This document shows positions 35,731-43,807 of a stretch of 44,447 bases of DNA, one piece after another (within the stretch, counting starts at the first letter, position 1; each line of letters opens with the position of its first letter). The stretch is from a virus: IMG/VR virus record IMGVR_UViG_3300002461_000295, positions 1 through 44,447 of that record; one strand, 5' to 3'. Made by a program: the position numbers and the translations under genes. The notes below the pieces were generated by a model. That model did no database searches and was not told where the DNA came from. It saw only the letters and a list, made by a program, of their open reading frames with translations.

Positions 35731-35852
35731 TACCAGTGACGCCAATCAGCAGGCGCTTTGTCGCTGCGAACGACATAGCTTGCCAGCCGGTACGTGAGGA
35801 TTGCCCCGGCAAGCGCATAGAGCGCGGCGGCAAGGACGCCTTGGTCGATCAT
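35730..35852 (-). CDS. Small membrane-like protein (40 aa, below the ORF-track cutoff)
   Basis: MIDQGVLAAALYALAGAILTYRLASYVVRSDKAPADWRHW. ATGA overlap upstream and TAATG overlap with the portal start. Confidence 0.45.
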   Translation of the reverse strand: MIDQGVLAAALYALAGAILTYRLASYVVRSDKAPADWRHW

Positions 35853-36055
35853 GCGCCGAGCATCGGCTTGCCGCCAGTGACGGCGGGCATGCCGAGCGTG
35901 CCGTTTTGCGGAGTGAAAATGGAAGCGGCCATTGCCAGGCGGCGGCGCGAGCGATCCCCTTGGCGAACGGCTGGATTGCCATCGTCCGGCTGGCGCGCGG
36001 CTTGCCGGTTGGGCACAGGCTCAGGAGCGTCCGGCGTCGATACAAGGCACATCAT
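35849..36055 (-). CDS. Hypothetical protein (67-68 aa)
   Basis: ATGATG overlaps the TerL stop. GC3 is about 75 percent. The competing 99-aa ORF in another frame is Arg/Cys-rich and not protein-like. Confidence 0.45.
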   Translation of the reverse strand: MMCLVSTPDAPEPVPNRQAARQPDDGNPAVRQGDRSRRRLAMAASIFTPQNGTLGMPAVTGGKPMLGA

Positions 36056-37719
36056 CTTCCTCCATTCAGCTCAGCATAGCGATCGGTTGACGGCGCTCTA
36101 TGCCCTGCAAAGCCGCTGAATACCACATTTCGCTTCGGCGTCGATACCAGTGCGTAAACAGCCGCGTCCCCGCGATCCGGCGACCGGCCCAGCCGGGCAA
36201 CCAGCCCCGTGGGCTTGCCGTCCGCCGTTGGCTTGCCGCGCTTCGGCTCGACCATGATCCCGGACGGCGTCAGCCACCAGCGCGGCGCGGCCAGATCGGC
36301 CAGCAGCTCAGCATCATCGGGAAGATCGATCGGCTCTGGATTGGTAGGATCGAGCGCTTCCCGCATGCGCCAATAAAGCTCAGACCGTAGATTGACGAAC
36401 GACAGCAGGCCGGACTTGTCATGCCCAAGGCTTTTCGCGCCGCCGTTCACGCCGATCACTTGGACATGCGACGTGTTCAGGAAATCATAGGGCGACGTGC
36501 CCACGCCGACGATATCGATATGGACAACGGCCCCGTCGCGGCGGCGCTGGATCACTGCACCGGCAACAGCAGGGCCATCCTCGACGTTGATCCCCTTCAG
36601 GCTGATCAGATCATCGAACCAGGTGCCGTGACGCCGGGCGATGACAGTGCGATCCTTGCTTGTGCCGCCCGTCATGCCGCCCATGCTCGACCGCGACACG
36701 TCAACGCCCATGCTGTCCATTGGCCCTTTCGTGTCGCGCGGCTTCCAGCGTGCCATTGCCGCTTCGATCCACGCCGTTGGGATCAATTGCCGTTCGTCAT
36801 CCTCGATCCCGGCATCGAAATCGCCGTTCAGCATTTGCGAGCGCAGCGGCTCAGGCAAGGATTGCAGCGTCGAGATATAGCCAGTCGCCATGTAGAAGGG
36901 GTTATCAGTAACCCGGCTTGGAATAAAGGTGCGGCTTTTCGGCTCGATCACCTTCGTCTTGCGCGCGCCCTTGTAATCGTTCGGATCGAAATCATACACG
37001 CGCTCTTGCGTGACAGTGCCATCGCGTTCGTAAAGCACGAACGGGCGAGCGTCCGGCACTTCAACGTCACGCTCACCGATCGTTGCGAAATACAGCAGTT
37101 CACCAGGCGCGGCGCGCTTAGGCCATTTTTTGTCCAGCCACGGACCAAAGAACGGGATCACCCAGCGCCCTTCCGCCGTCGTTGGCGGATTGAACGTCAG
37201 GATCGAGCGCACGGGCTGGTTCGGCAAGTCTGTTCTGTTCCAGCCCATGATGAAACGGACTTGAAACTCCCGGCATTCGGTTGCTTCATCGACCGCCTTC
37301 AGATCATGATCGCGGCCCTGCCATTTGCGATGATCGGACAGATCGTCGAGACCGCCAAACTCAATCAGCCGCCCGTCATATTTCCAGAAGCTCTTTGTCG
37401 AATTGTACCCGTCGTCATTCCCGATAATCTTGGTGAAATCCTGCACAAACTTTTCGGTTTGCGCCTTCTCGCGCCGCAGGATCAGCGATCGATTGTGTGA
37501 GCATAGCGCCAGACCGCAGACGAGGAACGACTTGCCACCACCGCCCGCGCCGCCGAACCCGAGGATATCGGCATGGCTATCCCATGCGTCGAGCTGAGGC
37601 CCAGGTTGCGGCTTGAACAGCCGCGTGTCGCTTTCCAGCAGGCGGAACAGGTCTTCGCGCTCTTCCGGCGTCAGATACGGAAGCAGCTCTTCAATCTCTT
37701 CAGCGCGCATCAACTCCAT
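36052..37719 (-). CDS. terL: Terminase large subunit
   Basis: Walker A GFGGAGGGGKS (nt 37528-37560) followed by ATPase and nuclease-type regions. ATG 37719 (MELMRAEEIEELL...) is preferred over the ORF-track TTG 37827. Confidence 0.92.
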   Translation of the reverse strand: MELMRAEEIEELLPYLTPEEREDLFRLLESDTRLFKPQPGPQLDAWDSHADILGFGGAGGGGKSFLVCGLALCSHNRSLILRREKAQTEKFVQDFTKIIGNDDGYNSTKSFWKYDGRLIEFGGLDDLSDHRKWQGRDHDLKAVDEATECREFQVRFIMGWNRTDLPNQPVRSILTFNPPTTAEGRWVIPFFGPWLDKKWPKRAAPGELLYFATIGERDVEVPDARPFVLYERDGTVTQERVYDFDPNDYKGARKTKVIEPKSRTFIPSRVTDNPFYMATGYISTLQSLPEPLRSQMLNGDFDAGIEDDERQLIPTAWIEAAMARWKPRDTKGPMDSMGVDVSRSSMGGMTGGTSKDRTVIARRHGTWFDDLISLKGINVEDGPAVAGAVIQRRRDGAVVHIDIVGVGTSPYDFLNTSHVQVIGVNGGAKSLGHDKSGLLSFVNLRSELYWRMREALDPTNPEPIDLPDDAELLADLAAPRWWLTPSGIMVEPKRGKPTADGKPTGLVARLGRSPDRGDAAVYALVSTPKRNVVFSGFAGHRAPSTDRYAELNGGR

Positions 37720-37735
37720 GCGCACCACATAGAAC

Positions 37736-37764
37736 GGGCGCGGCCCCGTTGCAAAGCCGCGCCC
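37736..37764 (-). other. 9-bp GC hairpin (GGGCGCGGC / GCCGCGCCC, 11-nt loop) 16 nt upstream of the terL ATG
   Basis: Read directly. It lies in the 230-nt spacer between 37951..38412 and terL. Confidence 0.5.
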
Positions 37765-37950
37765 GTAGCTATTCCGATGCTTTGACCGGGAGACAATCCG
37801 CCCGCTACCCTTCCCCGGCCCTGCCAACCAGCAGCCGCAGCATCGACGATTGAGGGACGCGCTACCGCCCCCTCCATCTGAAGGACGGGCAGCTTGTTAA
37901 ATCGCGGCGTCCGCCAACGCCAGCAATTCATCCCGCATCGGGGGTTCCTT

Positions 37951-38412
37951 TCAGTGTGGTGAGGGCGGCATCGATCGCTTCAAATGCCGGCGATAGATCA
38001 ACCTCTTGCTTGCCAAGGCTGACTCCGAGCAGCGTGTGTTGTGCTTGTCGCAAAGCCCCTCCGCCACCTTCGCACACCGCTCCACCACTTCACGCATACG
38101 ATCAGGCTCTGCTGCTATGTATGCTTCGAGTTCGGTGATGCGCAGATATGCGGTTTCAGCAATGCGCGCCGATAGTTCGGCTTCGTTCGGGCGACCCCAG
38201 AGTCGCTCATTGCACCATTCGCGATAATGCATTGCCTGACCGAGCAAATAGCGAGGCTCAAATCCCAACAATGGGGTGATGGGATCGCTTGTGCTTAGAT
38301 TGCGATCTGCCGGTCGCCGAAACCGATCGAGTTCGGCTTCAAGGTTTTCGATGTAGGCGTTGATCTTCTCCACATCCGCCGCCACGCCAGCGCTGTTCTG
38401 TGTGTCTGTCAT
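37951..38412 (-). CDS. Hypothetical protein (153 aa)
   Basis: ATG 38412 (MTDTQNS...) forms an ATGA overlap with the upstream ORF. Helical and lower in GC than its neighbours. Confidence 0.65.
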   Translation of the reverse strand: MTDTQNSAGVAADVEKINAYIENLEAELDRFRRPADRNLSTSDPITPLLGFEPRYLLGQAMHYREWCNERLWGRPNEAELSARIAETAYLRITELEAYIAAEPDRMREVVERCAKVAEGLCDKHNTRCSESALASKRLIYRRHLKRSMPPSPH

Positions 38413-38549
38413 GCTGCCTGTCCTGTGACCGCAAAATAAACAACGAACGCCACCATGCCGATGTGGATTAGCCAAAACGACCAGCCGGGTTTCTTATCGG
38501 AATACCCATAAGCGTAGCGCGCCCATTCGCTTCGTGGTCCGTCAGTCAT
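38409..38549 (-). CDS. Small membrane protein (46 aa)
   Basis: ATG 38549 has a GGAAGGA SD. MTDGPRSEWARYAYGYSDKKPGWSFWLIHIGMVAFVVYFAVTGQAA contains one TM helix. Confidence 0.5.
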   Translation of the reverse strand: MTDGPRSEWARYAYGYSDKKPGWSFWLIHIGMVAFVVYFAVTGQAA

Positions 38550-38679
38550 CACCACATCCTTCCGCGATATGCTCTTCGATCGACGGACGTTCATCGTTCT
38601 GCACAACGGGCGGCTTGGCCGATCCGCGCAACGCCTTCGCAGGCGAAACAGGGCGTTCTTCAGGTGCTTCGTCAGTCAT
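38542..38679 (-). CDS. Small acidic protein (45 aa, below the ORF-track cutoff)
   Basis: ATGA overlap with the terS stop. MTDEAPEERPVSPAKALRGSAKPPVVQNDERPSIEEHIAEGCGDD. Its stop lies within ATGACTGA of the next start. Confidence 0.4.
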   Translation of the reverse strand: MTDEAPEERPVSPAKALRGSAKPPVVQNDERPSIEEHIAEGCGDD

Positions 38680-39218
38680 GGATTTTCCTTTCGTGCCTTG
38701 GCCGCAGCCATCAGTGCCGCGACCTTTGCCGCAGCGTCGTCCAGGTTCGGCGTCATCGTTTCGCCGCCCGTCGTCAGGTCGAGCTTGTCACCGTATTTCT
38801 TCGGCTTCAGCTTTGAAGCGTGCCAGCGCCGTTGCTCGATCCGCAGCTTCGAGCGCGCGACGTGTTCGCCGTTGACCGCGAAGCCGATGATCATGCCTTC
38901 AGCGTTGCGCTTCTCCATCCAGTCGTTCCGGCCATCGTCCGCGATCAGCTCGCATTCGTCGATGAGGCTGTCCGCTTGGTCTTCGCGCGCGCGCGCGTAC
39001 TGGGTGCGAAAGCTCTCGCCAATTTCGTCGTCCCGGCGCAGCCAGCGCAGCACGGTAATGCGGTGCGGCATGTCGTCGTCTTCACAGATCGCGCGCAAGC
39101 TCTCCCCCAGGGAGAGGCGGTCGCAGATCGTGTCTGCTATCCCTTGAGTATAGGACAATGGGCGTCCCGTGGGCTTGTGTCCGGCAGGGACTATTTCGCT
39201 TTTGGATTGCTCAGTCAT
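38676..39218 (-). CDS. terS: Terminase small subunit
   Basis: The N-terminal HTH pattern ICDRLSLGESLRAICEDDDMPHRITVLRWL...FRTQYARAREDQADSLIDE is typical of podovirus/Sf6-type small terminases. Confidence 0.8.
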   Translation of the reverse strand: MTEQSKSEIVPAGHKPTGRPLSYTQGIADTICDRLSLGESLRAICEDDDMPHRITVLRWLRRDDEIGESFRTQYARAREDQADSLIDECELIADDGRNDWMEKRNAEGMIIGFAVNGEHVARSKLRIEQRRWHASKLKPKKYGDKLDLTTGGETMTPNLDDAAAKVAALMAAAKARKENP

Positions 39219-39525
39219 TGCCGCCCCCAATCGTCATACCACGGGTTTGCATGATCCGTTCCACATGATCCGCCATCACTCTGCAACGAATAGCAAACGC
39301 ATGAACATCATTGGCAAGCCCGCGCAGGGACGTGGGCGTATGGTTTGCCTTCAGCGAATTACAGTCAGCGCAGGCGAAGACAATGTTCAGCACCGAGCGA
39401 CCGCCGCCGATCGATTTCGGGATGACGTGATCGCGCGTCTTTCGTTTGCCCGGCACAGTCATGTCAAACGCATCGCCGCAATAGGCGCAGGCTTCACCTT
39501 TCGTGATCGCGTCAGCCATTGCCAT
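39211..39525 (-). CDS. HNH endonuclease (terminase-associated)
   Basis: CAYCG...DHVIPKSIGG...NIVFACADCNSLK is a ββα-Me HNH motif with two CxxC pairs. It lies directly upstream of terS and overlaps it. Confidence 0.85.
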   Translation of the reverse strand: MAMADAITKGEACAYCGDAFDMTVPGKRKTRDHVIPKSIGGGRSVLNIVFACADCNSLKANHTPTSLRGLANDVHAFAIRCRVMADHVERIMQTRGMTIGGGND

Positions 39526-39997
39526 CCTCCACAACCCCGAGCGCCGCCGACGTGGCATTGAACGCGTCCGCGCACAGTTGCGCCTCTTCCTTCGTCATAG
39601 CACGCCCTTCCCCGTAGGCGAGCAGCGCAGCGGCAAACGCAGGGCGCGCGGCCTCACATGCCCCGAACGCATCGCCAGCGCCGGGCGGTGGATCAAAGCC
39701 AACCAGCAGCATGCTCTTCCCCGCACCCGCAAGCAACTCACACAGGCGGCGATACCGAGCATAGTCGAGTTGCGCGACAAGCGTGTCATCGTCCGCGCCG
39801 TGGACCGAGACGAAAAACATCGGCCCCTTCCCCAGCACGTTGGACGCACCCACGCCAATACCGGACGGCGGCTTGTTGCTGGTTGCGCCCGTCACCATTG
39901 GTGACGCCACGGTGCAGCCGAAGCCGCGCATCATAGGCATGACGAACGCGCCGCCAGGTTCATCCCCGGACAGGCCGGGCAGGATCACACCGCTCAT
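39512..39997 (-). CDS. Hypothetical protein (161 aa)
   Basis: Long ORF with high GC3, tightly packed. Confidence 0.65.
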   Translation of the reverse strand: MSGVILPGLSGDEPGGAFVMPMMRGFGCTVASPMVTGATSNKPPSGIGVGASNVLGKGPMFFVSVHGADDDTLVAQLDYARYRRLCELLAGAGKSMLLVGFDPPPGAGDAFGACEAARPAFAAALLAYGEGRAMTKEEAQLCADAFNATSAALGVVEDGNG

Positions 39998-39998
39998 A

Positions 39999-40268
39999 TC
40001 AATTCACTTTCTGCGTTGATTGCGCGCCCGCGTGTTCAATGATGCTTGCGCCCAAAGCGCGCGCCGGTTCGGGATCAAGGCGAAGCTCCAACCGTTGCCC
40101 TTCAACGACAAACGTGATCGCCACAGACGGACAGCCCGTTTCACATTTGGGGTTGGCACAACCAACCGCAGCAGCGCCGATCATGCCGTTGGGCATGTCC
40201 TTGATTGGCCCTTCATTCCAGAAACCCCAGAACGGTACAGCCTGCACGTCCTTCATTTCGATCGTCAT
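39999..40268 (-). CDS. Hypothetical protein (89 aa)
   Basis: ATGA overlap upstream. Protein-like sequence. Confidence 0.65.
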   Translation of the reverse strand: MTIEMKDVQAVPFWGFWNEGPIKDMPNGMIGAAAVGCANPKCETGCPSVAITFVVEGQRLELRLDPEPARALGASIIEHAGAQSTQKVN

Positions 40269-40942
40269 GCTTCTGGTTCCTTCACATCATGCGACGCCAT
40301 TGCCGCATCAAATTGTTCTTGATTGATCCAGCCGGACCCGAGCCACATGCGCAGCAGCGATTGCCCCAGGTCCGTACCCGCCAGCTTGGCAAGCTCTTCG
40401 TCTGTTGGTGCTGACAGCTCAGCCTCTTCGAGACGCGGCGCAGACGCTTCCGCAATCTCACGTTGCAACCGTTCCAGCCGGGCGATGGCCGCGCGATACC
40501 GAACGGCATGCTGTTCCGCCTTGTCGCGGATCACGCCCTCGACTTCAGAAAAAAACCGGATCGCGACATGCAGCGCGTCTTGCGTGCCCCGGATCACCGC
40601 GCGCGGCGGCAGATCGGACAGCGACGCGATCATTGCGGCGAGCCAGCCGCCCACTTGCTCAGCGGACATTGTCGGATTGAGCTTCGCCCCAATAGGCCGC
40701 AGGGCATCGGCCAGCTTTTCGGTTGCCACCCCATCGAAGCGGAAGCCGGTTGGCTTGGACGCGTCGCGGATCACAGCACCCGGCTCGACTTGCTTCAGCG
40801 GAAGCAGGGCCGCGCGCAGACCGTCGATCGTTGCCGGGATATCCGCCTTGGTATCAAGCGGCAGCGTGGAACGCATGTCGAGCGCGAGCGCGCCCAGCTC
40901 ACGATCAGGCGACCCAGCCAGAAGGGCGACTTCCGTTGCCAT
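40265..40942 (-). CDS. Hypothetical protein (225 aa)
   Basis: ATG 40942 has an AGGAAAGGA SD. It overlaps the end of the upstream gene by 38 nt. Confidence 0.7.
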   Translation of the reverse strand: MATEVALLAGSPDRELGALALDMRSTLPLDTKADIPATIDGLRAALLPLKQVEPGAVIRDASKPTGFRFDGVATEKLADALRPIGAKLNPTMSAEQVGGWLAAMIASLSDLPPRAVIRGTQDALHVAIRFFSEVEGVIRDKAEQHAVRYRAAIARLERLQREIAEASAPRLEEAELSAPTDEELAKLAGTDLGQSLLRMWLGSGWINQEQFDAAMASHDVKEPEA

Positions 40943-41606
40943 GTCCGTTCCTTTCCTGCTTGACCGCAAACAGACCAGTCCAGCCGTTCATCGTCGATTG
41001 ATCCAAGACGGCATCGGGATCGTGCCCATCAGCCTTCAGCTTCGTCAGCTTTCCGATCGCCAGCTTGATCGCCCGTTCGGTTGGCGGCTTTTTCGCTTTC
41101 GTCCGCATGGCAATCCAACCGTCCCAGCTTTCACCCGAAAAGGGGTTAGGGGATATATCTTCTGGTTCTGGTTCTGGTTCTGGTTCTGCGTCGCCACTCC
41201 CGCCTTGTATCCCGTCGCCACTCCCGCCTTGTATCCCGTCGCCACTCCCGACAACACTCCCGCGCCGTTCGTTCGTTTTCAGTGCGCCAGTCCTGCCGCC
41301 TTCGCTCTTTTTGCGGTGCAGATCGCGCGCCTTTTCGGCTTCAGCAAGCGCGCGAAGATTGACGATCGAGCCATCAGCGGCGCGCACCAGCTTGCCGGAC
41401 GCAACCAGCTCTTCGACGTACCGCTCCCAGCCCGGCAGATCGCCGAGCATGACGGGCATTTCAGCAGCAGGAACCGGGCGCGCATAATCCCAGATGTAGC
41501 AGCACAGATCAAAATACACCGATCGATGCAGCCGTGACATGCGCGCCGTTCCGGCGACCCAATCTGAAGGAAAAAATGGCACGTAACTATGCCTCCCGTT
41601 AGACAT
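40905..41606 (-). CDS. DUF1376 (YdaU)-family protein, putative replication organiser, with a repeat-encoded linker
   Basis: The N-terminal YVPFFPSDWVAGTARMS...YFDLCCYIWDY matches the DUF1376 pattern. The linker reads GSGDGIQGGSGDGIQGGSGDAEPEPEPEPE. The C-terminal domain ends ...NGWTGLF. Confidence 0.8.
   Translation of the reverse strand: MSNGRHSYVPFFPSDWVAGTARMSRLHRSVYFDLCCYIWDYARPVPAAEMPVMLGDLPGWERYVEELVASGKLVRAADGSIVNLRALAEAEKARDLHRKKSEGGRTGALKTNERRGSVVGSGDGIQGGSGDGIQGGSGDAEPEPEPEPEDISPNPFSGESWDGWIAMRTKAKKPPTERAIKLAIGKLTKLKADGHDPDAVLDQSTMNGWTGLFAVKQERNGHGNGSRPSGWVA
41160..41188. repeat. (TTCTGG) x 4.8 microsatellite inside the DUF1376 gene, encoding (Glu-Pro)n on the minus strand
   Basis: Read directly. 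Confidence 0.95.
41190..41250. repeat. 24-nt direct repeat GTCGCCACTCCCGCCTTGTATCCC x 2.5 inside the DUF1376 gene
   Basis: Read directly. Two perfect copies plus a 13-nt partial third copy. An ATATAT element lies about 30 nt upstream on the plus strand. Confidence 0.95.
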
Positions 41607-41682
41607 GACGGGCTTGCCCCGAAAGGCACGACGGGATAATAGGAAACCAGATCATACGCGAGACCCCTTCGCTTGTGTTCTA

Positions 41683-41720
41683 GGGCCGGTCGATCGTGTT
41701 TTCCGCCACGATCCCGGCCC
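41683..41720 (-). terminator. 14-bp bulged GC hairpin in the 130-nt intergenic gap, no U-tract
   Basis: GGGCCGG(tc)GATCGTG-ttttccgc-CACGATCCCGGCCC, read directly. It lies just downstream of the stop of 41737..42315. Confidence 0.35.
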
Positions 41721-41736
41721 GCCCTTTATGCGCTGA

Positions 41737-42315
41737 TCAATAGCGTTGTGCAAGATCGCGCGCATGCTTCAGCTCCCCGGCAAACTGGTTGTTGGCAATC
41801 GTCCGTCGCGCATGCTCAGGCGTGCCCTCGACTTCAGCCAGGATGATCGCCTTGCGTTCTGGCAGGCGGAAGCCTTGCCGCTTCAGACGGACGTTCAAAT
41901 CCCAATACTCTTCCGGGCACCATGCGAGCGCGCGGCGCTGGATAGACTTGCCCGCGCGAGCGCGCTGTTCAGGCGTCGAAGGCACCAGGTTCGGCTTGCC
42001 GTACCGATGACCATGCTCGACCATCAGCGCGCGGAAAGCAGGGTCTTTCATGCGCTCAGCGCGCGCCGCCCGGCAGATATCGCCCAGCCGCTTGCGAAAG
42101 GCAGGATCGGCTTGTGTCGCGGCCATAGACGCCGAGCGCTTGGCAACGACCGCCTTGTCCGCGCTCAATTGCCGGGCATGGGCCGCGCGGGCTTCGCGCT
42201 GTTCCGGCGTGAGCTGCCCTTTCTTCGCGCGCACCGCAGGATCGGCGGCGGCGCACTTGGCGCAGCGTCCGCTTTTCGTCTTCGGGCTGATGGGCTTTCC
42301 GCATTTGCAATTCAT
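41737..42315 (-). CDS. Zn-ribbon plus repeat-containing DNA-binding-like protein (192 aa)
   Basis: N-terminal CKCGK...CAKC. Repeated DPA[VF]R... and TPEQR[EA]RA... segments are reminiscent of NUMOD3-type modules. No nuclease motif. Confidence 0.7.
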   Translation of the reverse strand: MNCKCGKPISPKTKSGRCAKCAAADPAVRAKKGQLTPEQREARAAHARQLSADKAVVAKRSASMAATQADPAFRKRLGDICRAARAERMKDPAFRALMVEHGHRYGKPNLVPSTPEQRARAGKSIQRRALAWCPEEYWDLNVRLKRQGFRLPERKAIILAEVEGTPEHARRTIANNQFAGELKHARDLAQRY

Positions 42316-42710
42316 CGAGTAACCCCGTTCGTCCAGAAGCTATCGTCAGGTGCATCGCGCTTGTCCCAAGCTGCGAGGCACCACGCCACCACGTCAACGC
42401 CCCAGCGCGCCAGAAACTTGGCTTCCGAGCCGAGACCGTGGACGCCTTCATCCCCTTGGTGATGATCGTGGCAAAGAGGCGCGATGAAGCGATGATCCCG
42501 CCGCCGCACTTTGCCCGGCGCTGTCATCACATGATGTACGCAGGCGGGACGGCGGCAGACCAGGCACCCGAGCTTTGCGACGCGCTCGATATGCTCTTGC
42601 TCTTCAGTGGTTGCCGCCGCCTTCGCTTTCGGTTTGATCCTGTTGTGTTGCACCCGCCCCTCGCGGCGACGCGGCTTGTCCCGTTTCGCTTTGAGGGGCG
42701 AGCGCTTCAC
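42312..42710 (-). CDS. Ref/DUF968-like HNH-type nuclease-fold protein (132 aa)
   Basis: GCLVCRRPACVHHV...APLCHDHHQGDEGVH pattern (Cys/His-rich, as in P1 Ref-like proteins). ATGA overlap with the next gene. Confidence 0.75.
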   Translation of the reverse strand: MKRSPLKAKRDKPRRREGRVQHNRIKPKAKAAATTEEQEHIERVAKLGCLVCRRPACVHHVMTAPGKVRRRDHRFIAPLCHDHHQGDEGVHGLGSEAKFLARWGVDVVAWCLAAWDKRDAPDDSFWTNGVTR

Positions 42711-42712
42711 GA

Positions 42713-43762
42713 TCAGGCTTCCGGCGAACCGAAGAACACCGTCGCCTCGGTTTCCGCATCAACGCGCTGGACGGCTTCGTTGAAAGCGTGATCGAAAGCG
42801 TGATCGAGACGCTGAAGCTCGAACCAGAACTTCAGGCCGTCCGGCGTCTTGCGGTAATTGAGCGCAGCCGCCACGCGGTAATACGCACCGCGCTTGAAGA
42901 TCGGGATCGCGATGAAGAACATCGTCGGCACGCGGACGACTTCACCCGCAGCGCCGACCCGGCCCGTGCGATGCTCGACCGTGAAACGAAGATGCCCTTC
43001 GCCCGAGCTGAGCGTTTGCGCCTCTTCAACCGTCGCCTCTTCGTGGACCTTCAGGCCGCGCGACAGCTCGATCAGCTTGGCATAGTCGGCAATCATGTCC
43101 GGCCCGCCGCGCGTCTTGACGAAGCGCTCCAAACCGTCCGGCACGCCGTCTTCAGGAAGCGCTATATCGCCCATGTTCGCTTCGAGGAAAACGGCAAAGT
43201 CAATCATCGACATGACGACCTTGTTCTTCCCGTTCCACGCCTTCCATTCGTCGGACAGCGGGAAAGCAAAGTGCGTGCGGTGCTTGCCGTGGCGATAGTC
43301 ACCATGAACGCGTTCGCCGCGATCGTCCGCGTCCACAACCAGCGTGTCCGCCCGGTGATAGTCCAGCAACGCCGTCAGCGCGGGCGCGCTGCGATTGTCA
43401 CTGGCGAAGATCGCCGTGTCGCTGTCACCGAAGCGATTGACGTGCGCGATGAAGCTATCGAGCGACGTCATCGTTGCCGTGCCACGGCGGAAAAGCGGCT
43501 CTTCGCGCACGTCATCGAAGAAGCTCGACGGGATACCAATAACCCCATCGACTGTGACATAGGCCACCTTTTCGATACCCGTGCCCGGCTCAGTCACCGT
43601 CACCAGATCGGGCTTCATCGCTGCGTTGTGATCCGTGCGGACTTCCGCCAGGATTTCACCGATGCCTTCAGTCCGGCGGGGCAAGCTCGACGCCATCGCC
43701 AGGATCGCGGACAGCGAGAGAGTGCCAGCGCTTTCGTCTTCGTTGTTCGTTTCGTCAGTCAT
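42713..43762 (-). CDS. DUF2303 (YfdQ)-family protein (349 aa)
   Basis: The overall pattern (HFAFPLSDEWKAWNG..., FFIAIPIFKRGAYYRV...) matches my recollection of the prophage YfdQ/DUF2303 family. Confidence 0.8.
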   Translation of the reverse strand: MTDETNNEDESAGTLSLSAILAMASSLPRRTEGIGEILAEVRTDHNAAMKPDLVTVTEPGTGIEKVAYVTVDGVIGIPSSFFDDVREEPLFRRGTATMTSLDSFIAHVNRFGDSDTAIFASDNRSAPALTALLDYHRADTLVVDADDRGERVHGDYRHGKHRTHFAFPLSDEWKAWNGKNKVVMSMIDFAVFLEANMGDIALPEDGVPDGLERFVKTRGGPDMIADYAKLIELSRGLKVHEEATVEEAQTLSSGEGHLRFTVEHRTGRVGAAGEVVRVPTMFFIAIPIFKRGAYYRVAAALNYRKTPDGLKFWFELQRLDHAFDHAFNEAVQRVDAETEATVFFGSPEA

Positions 43763-43807
43763 GTTGATTTCCTCACTTCAGATTGCGGGCAACCGGCCCG
43801 CGCGGGA

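Noticed and set aside
35746-36045. 99-aa minus-strand ORF between terL and portal.
   Set aside because: Its sequence is Arg/Cys/Ala-rich and implausible. The same interval is better explained by two translationally coupled small ORFs (35849..36055 and 35730..35852) in other frames.
37720-37931. N-terminal extension of TerL from TTG 37827, and a 73-aa ORF at 37710..37931 in another frame.
   Set aside because: The extension starts at TTG without an SD and contains a 9-bp GC hairpin, while ATG 37719 gives a typical TerL N-terminus. The 73-aa ORF has low GC3 and an Arg/Gly/Ala-rich, non-protein-like sequence. The TerL extension is not fully excluded because GC3 in that frame is fairly high.
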